NCBI RefSeq assembly: GCF_009914755.1
Contig: NC_060936.1
From: the human T2T-CHM13v2.0 reference genome, Homo sapiens
Length of the DNA: 64,000 nt
Direction: 5' to 3' (one strand)
Under the pieces are notes generated by a model, which saw only the letters and a program-made list of their open reading frames with translations, made no database searches and was not told the origin of the DNA. How positions within the stretch are numbered: the first letter of the stretch is position 1; every line of letters begins with the position of its first letter. Positions 1 to 24,230 of the stretch are shown in pieces. The translations under genes were made by a program, and so were the position numbers.

Positions 1-718
1 GCTTTCAAAATGGTTATATACAAGAGTATGGAAGAGTTGAGTGATGTTAACCTTCATCTATCAGATTATTTTAACCCTCCCCTATCAGAACAGGAAACCA
101 GAACTTGTCATCAAATAGTTTAAGCATATTATTTAAACTCAAAATATGGACATAAAAATTGAAAACAATATCAAAAGGACTCAAAAATAAAAATAGCGAG
201 ATGTTTTTGCTTTTGAGAAGTAGTAATGAAGATGAAGAGGCCTATAATTTTCATTAAAAGCTCTTCTATGTTCCTTATGATTTTTTAATCCTATATACAC
301 ATAACTTTCTGACTAAACAATTACCTGTTAGATAAAAGAACATTTTTAGGTATGTACAATATTAGGTAAAAAATAATAATTCTAAAAAGGGTATAAATAA
401 AATGTGGAAAAACACAGTAATTACTATGTTGCCAAAACAAACTCTTTAAAGTAAAAATGTAAAATCTCAGGAACATATATTAATTCAGGCTTTTCTGGGA
501 ACTGGGACAAAATGCTGTAGAAAGTACATAGAATGTGTAACTGATATTCCTTGGACCAGAACAAAACCCCTGACTTTCAGATGTTGCAAGAGAAGTAAAT
601 AACAATTTTCCCTATTCAGCTTCAAAGCCTTCCATGGAAACACTGAAAAGAAAAAAAAGAAAAGAAACAAACAAACAAAACTCCTGGTTCCTCATCTTTC
701 ATCCTCCATCTCCCCAGC

Positions 719-743
719 AAAAAAAAAAAAAAAAAAAAAAAAA
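719..743. repeat. poly(A) run
   Basis: About 25 consecutive A, with no SINE/LINE body recognisable upstream. Confidence 0.9.
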
Positions 744-1515
744 GTATCTCAAAAGGCAGATAATCACAGTTCTTACCATCTTACTAACACGTTAGTGATG
801 ATGTAAGAAAACCTTTTTCTATCTCTTTCTTGTAGGAGGGATTTATCTTCAAAAGAAGATAGAAAACAATAGTTGTAAATAAACAGCAAAATATTTAATT
901 TCCTAAAAATAGGAGTGTTTAGGAAAAATAGAGTGCATATTTTCTACTCTATTGTTTAGACAATAAAGTACAAATCATGGTATTTTACTTGCATTCAGAT
1001 TAATTCTTCCACTGTCTTTGAACAGACTAATGCTTCAATTATTGGTACATTTTCGGTTAGATATAATTTTTCTTCATTAGAAGCATGAACCATCACCCAA
1101 ATTTTTAAAAATATCATTTTCTCAAATAAAAATCATAGACTTAAATGCTAGGAAAAATGATAGATGAGAAGTCACCATGAATTCATTAGCATTAGATATT
1201 TAAGAAAAAGAATGAATGTTAGGTAGACTCCAGGGGAAGATAGAAGTTTCCTAACCAAATGGAAAGAGATTATTGAAAATTTCCTTGTTGTCTAATACAG
1301 TCTTTATTCACCCAATTATTTTTAAAAACTTTTTGTAGTTCTTCCACATATTCCACATGTAGAGACTTCCACACATTTTAAAAATAACACCAGGGAAATA
1401 GAATGTAGTAAACTAAGACATAACTAAACTTTTCTGTTTTAGTCAGGGACAAAAATAGAGGACATGATATTATTCTTATTTAAATTACAGCCCAAGAGGT
1501 GTTTATTTAGTCTTT

Positions 1516-4720
<3,205 letters not shown>

Positions 4721-4729
4721 TTCTGGAAA

Positions 4730-5045
4730 GAGTTATCTCTGTCTTTGGTATTCCAGAAAGAAAAGATAAAGAATAAAAGATCACAAATGAGAAAAAAGAT
4801 ATTAATTGATTTTTAACAAAAGCTGATATGACATGCATTCTCAACTATATGAATTATAAAACATATAAAGCAGAATACATTTAAAAAAATCCATGCCTGA
4901 ATCATTTTAGTGAAACTGCAAATATGAAAAGCAACAAGAAAATGTTAAAAGTAGCCAGGAAGAAGAGAAAGAACACCCAGGAGAGACATAATTAGATCCA
5001 GTTAGGTCTCTCAACAAAAACAATGAATGCCAGAAACAAGAGAAT
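4730..5045 (+). mobile_element. ancient L1M ORF1-region fragment
   Basis: A-rich decayed ORF1-like motifs (gtgaaactgcaaaatatgaaaag; tctcaacaaaaacaatgaatgccagaa). Confidence 0.5.
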
Positions 5046-5169
5046 AAAAGGTGAATAATAATGGAGGTGGTTGTCAAAGGTGCCAATATTTCCTTCTGTA
5101 ATGTTTGAGTTTTCTAAAATAAATATGGTTATATGATATAAAATTGAGATTAAGTTAAAAACAGAAAAA

Positions 5170-5191
5170 TCTCTCTCTCTCTCTCTCTCTC
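5170..5191. repeat. (TC)n microsatellite
   Basis: About 11 TC units. Confidence 0.9.
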
Positions 5192-5948
5192 ATATTTAAA
5201 ACACAAGAAATTATACTAACAGTACTTAGACAAAGCTCCCTGGCAAGTGAAATATGTTTTGAAGATGAAATTCTTTTGATGTTTGTGTCTTTCTAAAGAA
5301 TTTGGTGGAGAAATAGAATTTTTATCTTTATCTTAATTTTGCTTGTTAGCACAGTTAAGATTATCAAGATAATTAGTATATTCCCCTTGATTTTTCTAGT
5401 TGTCATGTTGATCCTTAGCAATATGTAACAACTTTTTGTTCACAAATAACAATTCTTTAACTTTCTTTTCTTGAAAGTGGAAGATTTTGTACTAATAATG
5501 ATACTTATGTCACTGCAAATTTGGCTTACATCTTAAAATATTAGTCATAGTATTGACTGAAAGAATAGTTATATATTTTAATTTTCTAATTAAATTCTTC
5601 TAATTAAATTTTGCAGCATATTTTTTACCTTTGTCTAAATTTTATATATATGATCTGTATCCAACTTTTATTTTTCTTAACATTATTTTTCATCCTTTAA
5701 GTATGTAGTTAAATGATATTATATAATTACAATAATTTATTCTAGACCTTAGACAGTTTTATATTGTATTTCAAAGTAAATAATATTTTGAGCTCAGAAT
5801 GCAAATAAACAGTAGCAATTCAAAATTATAGTGTCAGAGCCAATACATAATTTTACTCTTTAGTGTAGCTAAAATAAGTGCTTTCCATCCACATTATATT
5901 CTTCAGATATAAGTTAGATTCATTTATTTACTTTAGATCTAAGCAATT

Positions 5949-6312
5949 ATATTAGGCAGAGTTCTCCAGAGACACAGAAGCAATAGGTTATGCACATGTA
6001 TAGGACAAGGCTTATTATAAGATATTGGCTCAGGTGATTATGAAGACTAGCAAATTTGAATATGTAGTATGGGCCAGCAGGCTTGAGATGCAGGAGAGTC
6101 AATGGTGCGCATGAACTGCAAAGGCCATCTGCTGGAGAATTCCCTCTTGCTGGAGAGGTCAGTCTTTTTGCTTTAGGGAGACCTTCATTTGACTGGAAGA
6201 AGCCTACCCACACTATATAGGACAATTTGCTTACTCTAAGTCCATCCATCAATTTAAATGTTAGTCTCACCCCAAACCCTCTCCAAGTTGACACACAAAA
6301 TTAACCATCATA
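5949..6312 (-). mobile_element. MLT2-family (ERVL) solo LTR
   Basis: The minus strand starts tatgatggttaattttgtgtgtcaacttgg (MLT2 5' end) and ends near tctctggagaactctgcctaata. Confidence 0.85.
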
Positions 6313-7903
6313 GTAGTGTACTGCAGTCAAGATTTTGCGTCAGCATTTGAACATTTTATAATTCACAAAATTGTAAAATATTCTATTTAATGATATTTTT
6401 ATTTATTTCATACATTATTTTCAACAATTACACCACCACATACAATTATCCTTAAACAATATCTTAATCTCATCTATGGCATTAAGCTTTTATTTTATAT
6501 ATTTTTTATCTTTCTTTTTACTTGTATTTTCCAAGAATTATGTGTTCTAATATTTCTGGTCAAAATTTATTCATCAGTTTCCCCCCTTAGCCTATCTTTT
6601 GAGAAGTTTTTTTATTATTGATAATTTAAAATTTTTATTTCTAAAATCTCTAATAAATTATTTCTTCATGGTCAGAAAACTTTTATCGCTGAAAATATTT
6701 TAGATTATTCCTTTGGTTATGTGATTAGCTCTTTTTAATAAAGTACAAATCTTTCTGGGTATGTCTTCTCTTTCATTGTTGGGTACTCTTAAGAATGCCA
6801 TAACTCTTGATTGGGAAACTGAGCTTACTCACAAAGTTTTCAGTAGTTTCGGCTTCCATAGCCTACAAGGCTTGAGCTCAACCCTGCATTCAGTTAAAAT
6901 GATGATGGACAGGATTTTCCACATAGGGGATATTTTTCATCACTTTCGATCTCAAATAAAACATTTATTAATGTTAAGTTTCTGGTAAAACTGTGTATAT
7001 TACACTATTTCATATTCTTCTGTTTCCTCTGGTTGTTCCTTCTGCCCAAATTGCTTCTTTAATAAAGTAATACCTATTAAATACCTAATATATTTGAACG
7101 ATATTATATTAGGTATATGAATAAGAAATAATAAAAAGTCTTAATTGTATTAAATTTAGTATTCGTCACTCTTCCAGATTTGAGTGGGTGTCATCTCCTC
7201 TAGAAATCTTCATTTGAATTATTATGTCGAAAGTATTTGCTTATAAGTCTCTTGCCTCCATTTCACTATAGTTCTAATTCAAGTACCATGGTTTAATAGT
7301 CAGGTCTCTACACTTGTCGGAATTAAGTAAATACTTATAAAGTTCAATTGAAGGTAACTGTAACAGGTGAAGTTACAGTAACTTCTTTGGCTAACTAATA
7401 TTTAAGTTGTGCTAAACTAAAATTTCAATTACTTTTTTTTACTCCAACTCAGAGAATACGACTTTACCAAATTTTATATAAAGTTTTAATTAAATCTTTA
7501 CATGTGACTTAATTCACTCATGACTAGACTGATGAGTGTGTTGAATGGAATAATATGTAATGACTTTTGTAGGACTGACATAAATTAAAAGCTAAAATGG
7601 AAACGCAGAGTTAATGTACAAAAATAAGAAGGTAGTTTCACCAACCTCCTAGTTACTTGTCAGAAAGGTAAAGAACCTCCACTGTTGCCCAGTTTATATG
7701 AAAATTTTATAGTACATTTCGTAGACACCCATTTGAGAGAAGATTTTAATTTAGTAATATTTTCCATGAAAAATATTTTTACCAAACAAACAACTAAATC
7801 ATTGTTGATCTGGCAATAACAAATCATACATCACAGAAGAGATATCCTGGAAGTGATATGGATATTATAGTTTTCTGGAATGTGTACAGAAATTATGATC
7901 ACT

Positions 7904-8200
<297 letters not shown>

Positions 8201-9359
8201 GGATTCATTGATCACTTCCTCCATTGAATATAATCAACTTTATTTAGTTTTCAGGGTATTTTCATAGAGAAAATTTTCGATGGCCACGTTTTCAGCATTG
8301 AAAAAATAAAAAGTGATTTTTTTCAGGTATTTTCAATGCCAGAATTTTTCTAAATGAAATCAAAACACATAAACCTAGAAAAATAAATATGCACATATAA
8401 AAAACACACTAGAACTTGAACCTACTGCCTCTGATTTTTATAGTTATATCTTTCAATTACATCCCAATGAAATCTGCAAATATTTTATTAAAATTTTAAC
8501 TCTCATTTGTATCAAAGTTGACACACAAAAAAGATAGCTACTGCTTTCGAAGTTATTGATAAAGTTAAAAAATTACGAAATTGGCCTGTAATACCAAGTG
8601 AAATTACTTCTTTCCTTATAATACTAATAACAATTAAAATGAGCTGAGTTACATATTAGCTTATGTAAAAAATTTTCTGCTTTAGTATTATGTAAGTCAA
8701 ATTAATTTGAATACTCTTGTAGTATATTTTGGAGATTGTAGATTAAATTTAAAATAAGTTTCTAAAGAAATTTTCTAACAAAATTACAGTTAATTTCTAT
8801 CTACCTAATTTAATATATGCTTTCACAAGACAAACATCATGTAATAACTTCCTAAGTCCCTAGCCTGACATATGTCTGATTTTGTTCCTATGGTTTTTAC
8901 TTACCTCTGCAACTGATTAGAATTATACTTTTTAATGTTTTACAGCTACTATGCAATTAGAGTAACCAAATTAGCTTTTTACTTACAATGCTTTTTCTCC
9001 CTTTGCCCTTCAACTCTCTTCACTTTTTCAAGTTTATTGTAAGGTGACATAGTACATTCAATTCCTGGAATAATTTATACTGGACATACAAATCAACTTG
9101 ATTTAAAATAGTTCACATAAAACATACTAAGATTACCTATCTCCAGGGTATGTTTTAATGAAGGTTCCACTATCAGAAAAAAAAATAATAGAATAGAGAA
9201 CATTAAAATCCTACAGAGTGGCAGGGCAGGGAGGGGTCACCCAAAATGCATGGATCAGGATATAAAATAACTTTGATTCCACTAATAACGAAATGCTCTA
9301 TTCTTCATTAATGAACTGTTTCAGATAACCCTAAGTTACTTGTTGGGTACCGCTTTTCT

Positions 9360-13547
<4,188 letters not shown>

Positions 13548-13745
13548 GGTACCTGCTTTTCTAATCAATGTGATGCACTGTGTAACAGAGCTCTTGTACA
13601 TCAATATTTAAATTGGAAAAATAATGTATTTAGATTTTGATCAAAATAATAATTTGTATTACTATAACTGGCTTTAAGGTGTTATTTAACTCTTTCATAT
13701 CTTGGCAGAAAAGGAGCATGTTTTATAACTAATTAAAATAAATGA

Positions 13746-14100
13746 CTTGTCAGTCCATTCTCACACTGCTAATAAAGACACATTCAAGACTGGTTAATTT
13801 ATAAAGGAAAGAGGTTTAATTAACTCACAGTTCCACATGGCTAGAGGAGCCTCACAATCATCGTGGAAGATGAAAGAGGAGCAAAGTCACGTCTTACAGG
13901 AAAAGACAGTGTGGGAAGAAACACCCCTTTATAAAACCATCATATCTTGTGAGACTTATTCACTATCATGAGAATAGCATGGGAAAGACTCACCCCCATG
14001 ATTCAATTACCTTCTACCGGGTCCCTCCTATGACACATGGCAATTATGGGAGCTATAATTCAAGATGAGATTTAGGTGGGAACACAGCCAAACCATATTA
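13746..14100 (-). mobile_element. THE1 (MaLR) solo LTR, THE1B/C-like
   Basis: Motifs agtccattctcacactgctaataaagac ... cacagccaaaccatat. Perfect 5-bp TSD aatga (13741-13745 / 14101-14105). Confidence 0.9.
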
Positions 14101-15199
14101 AATGAAGATGTCAATTTTAATTAAACAAAATTAAAAAAACAATAGAAAACAATATTAAAAAGAAAACAGTTCACTCCACATAGCATTCACCTTTTGATAG
14201 GCTATTTAAATTCTCCATATCCTAAGTGAAAATGCATATAGTTTTACTTATGAGCTATTGCAATATATTGCTAAAATTACTGTAATATTTTAATAAATCT
14301 ACTGAATTTATTTGAATATATCTCTCTATATCAGAGATAGATATTGAATTACATTGGCCTTACAAAAAGGTGCAGTAGGGGTTTGTAATTCTTCATTTTT
14401 ATTTTCCTAGGACAAGAAGGGGTGGGGTTTTTTTTGCCATTTATTTATATTTACAGGTCTACTGTATTTAAATTTTATATTAGTCTGTCTTATAGATGGT
14501 CTCTCAGGACATTACATTTCCTCCAAGTAATTTATGTAATAGTTGAATTTATTTTTTAAAAGTAGTTCCAAATTATTTTTCTAATATTTTTAGCGTCTAA
14601 TTTTTATTGTCTAATTAATATTCTCTAATTATGAGTTTTCTCCAAATATAAGATTCACCTTTCACCTGGTATACAAAGGACCAGATCAGCTCAGTCAGTG
14701 GAGAATTATACAGAGAATAATTATCCCACTGAGACTGCAATGAATACTCAAGTGAAATCCCAGGCCAATTTTGGTAAAAAGAATTTTAGAACACATCCTC
14801 ACAAAACTCGTCAATGTCTGCTTTTCAACTTTCTGAAATTCCCCAAGAGATCTTTTGTTACACTTCTGCTACTAGCAGTGTTAGTCAGAGCAAATAGGGT
14901 ACAATATGTTTTTCATTATTTTAACCTATGGAGAGAATGTTGTTTAAGTCCTCAAGGACAAGCATGTAAAAAGTAGACATGATATTATTTTGGTTAAAGC
15001 TATGTTTTAAGAGAAGACTCTTGGGGAGATAAAAAAAAAGCTTGTCTATGTTAATAGTGGAGTCAAATTATGAGAGGACAACTTCATGACAAATAATCCT
15101 TAAAAGATACTAGGGAAACCAGGGAACAAAAAATGTTTGAATAACTGTTAGTCTCCACCTACAAAAGATGTACACAGCTATAAAATTTACTTGAAAATA

Positions 15200-16139
15200 T
15201 CCAGTATGCTATAAAAACAATAATTTATTTATATAGATTTATTATACTTTGAGTCAAAATTCCAGTAGGATTTTTTTAATGTAAGTTAACAAAAAGATTT
15301 AATCAGAGAACAAAGAAGAGAAACCAGGAGTATATCCATAAATCCATAAAAATCTTATTTATGAAAGAGCTTTCATTATATTTCCCTTTGGCAAATTAAA
15401 AAATACCAGTATCTATCTGGTGCTGGCAAAATTATTGTCAAGATGAAAAAAAATAAAATATTTTTCCCATTTTATGCCAAAAACTAAAAGCAATGCACAT
15501 AGAAAAAAAAATAAGTCCATGTGGCTTAAAACACAAAAGATAAAACATTTAGAAGACAATATAAAAATCCTTCTAACATTATTAAACCATAAATACAGTG
15601 ATTTTTAAATTAAGCTTTTTCTTAATTAGAATACACTAAAAGGAAAGTAAAAAACACAGATTGAAAGTTATTAATTACATATATACCTTAAAATGAATTG
15701 ATTCCAGGATATAAAAATAATTTGTTCAATAATAAGCAAATAGACCAATTGGAAAAAAATCTAAAATGCAAAAACAGATTGTTTATAAGAAAAAAAAAAC
15801 ACAAGTAACGATAGCCATCATTTATTATGAAAATTGAAATTAAAATTTCAATGAAGCTTGGGCGCGGTGGCTCCCGCTTGTAATCCTAGCACTTTGGGAG
15901 GCCAAGGTGGGCGGATCACCTGAGGTCAGGAGTTTGAGACCAGCCTGGCCAACATGGCGAAACCCCATCTCTACTAAAAAAAAAAACAAAATTAGCTAGG
16001 CGTGGTGGCAGGCACCTATAATCCCGGCTGCTAAGGAGGCTGAGGTAGCAGAATCGCTTGAACCCAGTGGGTGGAGGTTGCAGTGAGCCAAAATTCTACC
16101 ACTTCACTCCAGCCTAGGCAAAAGAGTGAAACTCCGTCT

Positions 16140-16173
<34 letters not shown>

Positions 16174-16520
16174 CAATGAAATACCATTTTTGCAGCAATT
16201 TAATTGACAATTTTTAAATATTTGGCAATACTATCTATCGGTAAAATATGAAGCAATAGAAGATTCATATGGTACTAGTGGAAGTGCATATCATATTGAT
16301 AAACAATTTGCCTTTTTGAAAACATGCATATGTTACAACCCAGAATACTTCCATACTCCAGAAAAATGCTTACATTTGTATCAGAAATGTATACAAGCAG
16401 CATTGTTTATGATAGAAAAAAATAGTAACCTAAGTGTTCATCAACAGGAGAATGAATAAATACATTATGAAATAGTCATATTATGAACTACTATGGCTGT
16501 AAAGTTGAATGAATTATAGT
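15200..16520 (+). mobile_element. ancient L1ME-like ORF2/3' fragments, interrupted by an Alu
   Basis: Decayed motifs such as aaaattgaaattaaaatttcaatgaa|ataccatttt and cctaagtgttcatcaacaggagaatgaataaa. Confidence 0.6.
15856..16170 (+). mobile_element. Alu (AluSx/Sz-like)
   Basis: ggatcacctgaggtcaggagttt diagnostic, 30-nt A tail, TSD aaaatt(t)caatgaa. Confidence 0.95.
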
Positions 16521-16527
16521 TATCCAT

Positions 16528-17180
16528 AGTGTTAGGGTCCAATCAGGAAAGAGAATTTACACAGAATTTGGACAGTGAAGGTAAATATAAAACATTATTA
16601 ACTGTAACAGGGTTTAAGAAAGAAAACATTGGGTAGGAAGAAGCAAATAAAACTCTAAATGTTATAGGAATAGCAGCTATAAAGAGCAGCTTATATCACT
16701 CAGGCTGAGATTGAGGGTGCAAGGAGACCGCTACACACATATGTGTGTGCATGTGCACACAAACGCACACACACGACATCCTAAAGTGAAATTCCGAACC
16801 TAGTGGACAGGGCACAACCATGTCCTGCTAAATGGAAGAGGAGAGGGGTGGTGCCACTGTTGTAGAGCTGTCAGATATCTACCCTAAAGGGTGCCTGGCA
16901 AACTTATTCATGAGGATGAGCTTCATCATAGGTTCTCTGCTATAAAATCACCTGAGTAGTGAGCTTGGGGAAGCCTCTGACTTCTGGTTGCTGCTGGCTG
17001 TGTATACTGTAGGAGTTTTGCACTGGAGAGGCTGTCTGCCCTGCAGGAACCTGCTTAGCCAGCTGGTAAGAAGGACCTGTTAGTCTTGTGATGACTCCCC
17101 AGTGCTCTTTACTGACAGAGCTTAACATGACAAAGGGACAGTTGGCATAGAAAAAATATTCAAAGGACTCATCCATTTTT
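16528..17180. mobile_element. old LTR element (LTR78/79-like, tentative) containing a CA/TG-rich tract
   Basis: Starts tgttagggtccaatcaggaaagagaa and ends near actgacagagcttaacatg...aaatattcaaaggac. More GC-rich than the flanks. Confidence 0.5.
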
Positions 17181-17645
17181 GTTACCTTCTATAACAACAA
17201 CAACAAAAAAGGTAAGGTAAAGGAGAATCCTAGTTAAGTAAGACTTCCTGGTTATTGTTAATATTATTACTCTAGTTGAGAGCTGGATACATAAAAGATT
17301 GTATTTTTTTACTCTATATACCCTTCTTGTTTATACTAATATTTTGTGCTTCTATCCAGCATTAAATAAAATCAGATTAATGGAACAAATCCAAGATATA
17401 TTTATAGAAAAACACACTCTAAACAGTGAAGTATATGCATTCCATATCTCACTCAAATACTTCAGTGCATAGTAAAATATACATATTGAGCAACTCATTT
17501 TATAAACTTAGTATAAACATGATAAGAAAATCTGAACAACTTGTACATAAAAAGCCAATAAAGTTACCCAAACCCTTGTATAAATATAGTTGGCTACATC
17601 CTATACTAAATATTTACAAAATATTCTGGCAGTATGTTCCATTAA

Positions 17646-17910
17646 TGTAATCCCACCACTTTTGGGAGAGGAATGCTTGAGGGCCAGGAGTTCAAGACCA
17701 GCCTGGGCAACATAGCAACACCTTGTCTTTACTAAAAAATAAAAAAAAAAAACCTAAATATGATGCCCTGCACTTGTAGTCCTAGTTACTCGAGAGGCTG
17801 AGGCAGAAGAATCATTTGATCCCAGGAGTTTGAGGATGTAGTGAGCCTGTATTCACTCTAGCCTGGGTGACAGTTTGAAACTATGTCACTATGATAATAA
17901 TAATAATATA
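17646..17910 (+). mobile_element. degenerate AluJ
   Basis: ccaggagttcaagaccagcctgggcaacatagc (AluJ-type), internal deletions, (TAA)n tail. Confidence 0.85.
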
Positions 17911-18461
17911 AACAAGTAAAATTTATTTAAAGATGCTAGATAATGTGTCAAATTGGGAAATTCAGCAACAAATTAAAGTAGAAAATATATAAGTATTTAG
18001 ATATGCTTTACACTTTTTTGTTACTAAAATGCTACATAAAATTATGTAAAATATTCTAAATATTTTCTGGATAAATATACCCCAAACCAAATAAAACATT
18101 ATAGCTAATAAAAATAGTAAAAATATTTTAATTACATTCAAATAAAAAAATTAAAGTATGCTTAAAAACAATTAATTCTCAACACTGTTCTTAATGTTAC
18201 AGCTAATTGCAATGTAGGATAAATGTGACTATAAATAGTGAGGAAAAAAGATTAATAATCGTGATTAGTGGCATATTGATATTTTATAATTTAAAATGTT
18301 AACAATATCATAATAAAAATCTAGTAAGGGTAACTAGGTAAAATATAGTATGCAAAATTAAATAATTTTTTAAACCAAGAATAATTTTAAATCATAATAA
18401 AAAATGATCTCATTGGAATTAGAAAGAATTATGGAGTAACAAGGAGTTAATTAAATGTAAC

Positions 18462-21631
<3,170 letters not shown>

Positions 21632-21641
21632 TAAATATAAC

Positions 21642-22945
21642 GGGAGACATTAGCAAGATGGCAGAATAGGAGGTACCCAAATTTGGTTTCTTCCAAGAGA
21701 AACAATAATTGAGCAAGTATCCATGAATTTGGATGCCTGTGTGGGAATTCTAAAAACCAGGAGAAAGGTTGGTACACAACTATGGAGGAAAAAAAGGATA
21801 AAAACACATTTAAAAGAATCAAATGAACACTCCCACTTTATCCATATCACCCCTACTCTAAGTTGTCAAAGTGCAGTGCCAAGAAGGATCCTCTTGACCT
21901 GTAATTTCTGCCATAAGGTACAGAGAGACCAAGGTGGATGTCCAATTTCCTTGACATCTCAGAGCATAGCCTGAAAGGCCCATTTCTGTCTCAACTCATC
22001 CAAAGCACTGAAGGAACTGATATGTCTAGATCACCTGGGAACAGTAAGGAACAGTAATAGGAGAGTTCTTTCAGCCACTGGCACATATGAATTTCAGTGG
22101 AAAGCACTTAATCACGCCCAGCATTCTGTTAGTCTTCCTAACTACAGAGCCTGGCAAAAGCCTTGCTTCACTGTGGAGTTCCCTGAGCTTTTCTGCCTAA
22201 TTAAGGAACCCTGTCAGAAGCTTCACTCCATCATGGAGTCACTCTTAGCAGATTAGCTGGAACACAGAGCACCATCTACCCACCCATCTCAATTACAGTG
22301 ACCCTGCTGGTTCCGCAAACGCAGAGGAGTAGCAGCAGATGCCATCTAAACCCAGAGCTCTGTGTCTCTGCCAGCTGGCTTTGCCTCAGTGTGGAGGCCT
22401 GGCCAAATCACAGATGATACAACTGGCCCTCCCAGATTTCTGTGCCTGGCTGGCTGGTGCAGCCTTTCCCTGCCAAAGCCAATCTATAAAAACTAGAGGA
22501 GGTGACTGAGTTCTCAAATGTGTGAACACCAGTAGAAGAATACAAGGCTCACAAAGAATCAGGAGAAAATGACATCATCAAAGGAAAATATCAAAGCTCC
22601 AGAAACCATGCATAAAGAAATGGAGATCTACAAGTTGCCTGACAAAGAATTCAAAATAATCATCTTTAAGAAGGGAAAATGACACGATCAAAGGAGAATA
22701 TCAAAGCTCCAGTAACCAACCCTAAAGAAATGGGGATCTACAAGTTGCTGACAAGAATTCAAAATAATCATCTTTAAGAAGCTCAGTGTGCTACAAGAGA
22801 AAACAGACAACTAAACTATATCAGGAAAACAATACATAGACAAAATGAGAAATTCAACAATGAAATTAAAACCATACAAAAATATTTACAAAAATCCTAA
22901 AGCTAAAGAATACAATGACTGCATTGAAAAACTCAATAGGGAGGT
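21642..22945 (+). mobile_element. old L1 (L1M/L1MA-type) 5'UTR and ORF1 N-terminal region
   Basis: Begins gggagacattagcaagatggcagaatagg (YY1-like L1 start). Decayed ORF1 motif gacaaagaattcaaaataatcatctttaagaagctcagtg. Confidence 0.75.
22564..22781 (+). repeat. about 110-bp diverged tandem duplication inside old L1 ORF1
   Basis: gaaaatgaca..atcaaagga.aatatcaaagctccag...catctttaagaag occurs at 22564-22673 and 22674-22781. Confidence 0.9.
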
Positions 22946-22954
22946 AGAAAAGAA

Positions 22955-23495
22955 ACTACTGGGGCAGTCCTAGAGCCTGGATCTACAGGGACCAGCTTGG
23001 AGCCCATGTTAATAGGGGCAACCCTAAAGCCTGTGTTCACAGAGCTGGACCTGGATCCTGGAGCCATGGTGGCAAGTGTGCTGCTGCAGCAGGCTTAGAG
23101 CCAGAATCTAACATGGTGGGCTTGGAGACTTGGTTCATGGGGTTCAGCCTGTCACTGGGGCAGGCCCAGAACCTAGGTTTGCAAGGGCCAGTTTGGTAAC
23201 AGGGTCTACTGGGGCAACCCTGAAAGGTAGGTCTGTAGATTCTGGCTTGGAGTCTGCATCTACCTAGGACAGTCTAGCCTTGGGGTTCACTAGGGTGGGA
23301 CTGGTGCTGCTGTCTGGGAAAAATTCCGGGGCTCACCAAAATCTCCTTCCCATACACGGAGGATATCCCTCTCAGCACTGCATGGGCTTGAGGGAGGGGT
23401 GAGTGAGTAATGTAATACTATTATTCTTATACTCTCTGATATATATATTTCTCTTTTCTGTGCTCTGCCCATGTGTTGTAATTTCTAATCTGAAA
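22955..23495 (-). mobile_element. old L1 (L1M2/3-like) 5'UTR, antisense; continues at 33956-34068 beyond the provirus
   Basis: GC-rich degenerate repeats (cagggtctactggggca, gcctggatc), then ctctcagcactgc...gggcttgagggaggggtga, typical of antisense old L1 5'UTR. Confidence 0.65.
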
Positions 23496-23498
23496 CAG

Positions 23499-23944
23499 TG
23501 TTCCATGAAAAGATGTATGCAAAGCAACCCCCAAATGCCAAAGGGGCCAAGAAACCAGAATAACAATAATAATAATAATAATAATAATACAAAAAAGAAG
23601 CCAGACAAATTGAGGGAAGTTACAGATAGAAGCATGGTTTTAGGTGGCTGCAAGACAGGTAGATTTCCACAATATTACTCACCAGACCCCAGGCTTACAT
23701 GCCATAGGGAAAGGGTAGACATGCCCTAGCAAGACAATGAAAGGCAACCCTCCAGAACAGTCAAGAATACTATGTGCATCATAGCCCATAATTTGTGTGA
23801 TAACATCACGATTTCTTTGTTCTTACACTAGGTACAGTGAATAAAGTAGAAACCAGGAAAAACTCATGAAATTGGGGCTAATCAGAAGTCAACATGTCAG
23901 ATTAGCATCCAAGATGGAGAGATGGAGTCACTTTTTTCTCCACA
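23499..23944 (-). repeat. 3' LTR (LTR47-like) with internal (AAT)n expansion
   Basis: Minus strand TGTGGAGAAAAAAGTGACTCCATC...GGATGCTAATCTGACATGTTGACTTCTGATTAGCCCC...GGAACA, with TG..CA ends. Preceded by purine-rich agatggatggag (PPT-like). Confidence 0.85.
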
Positions 23945-24059
23945 CTCCATCCATCTAATCCCGCTCTTACAATCTCACATGTCCACCTCTTCCACAGTGG
24001 TCCCTGAGACTCTAGAGAGGGAGGGATGCTGCAGTCATTTCCATGGTTTGAGTGACATA

Positions 24060-24215
24060 TTGTATCAATTTGTTTCCTACTTGTCAGCAAAGGCTGCAGC
24101 AACAATACAAACAAAAGACAATGGTATCTATATCAAGTATAAGACACAAAATTAATAATGTCTTTTTCTGTCATGTTCCTCAGAATCCAAATCAAGAGGA
24201 GTAAAGCAGAGCAGC
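24060..24215 (-). pseudogene. putative env transmembrane-anchor / cytoplasmic-tail remnant
   Basis: Manual translation SS*FGF*GT*QKKTLLILCLILDIDTIVFCLYCCCSLC*QVGNKLIQ, located between the apparent pol end and the PPT. Confidence 0.55.
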
Positions 24216-24230
24216 AATAGGAACAGGAAA

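Noticed and set aside
14698-14976. 92-aa ORF in apparently unique sequence
   Set aside because: Non-ATG start, no recognisable domain and no supporting exon structure.
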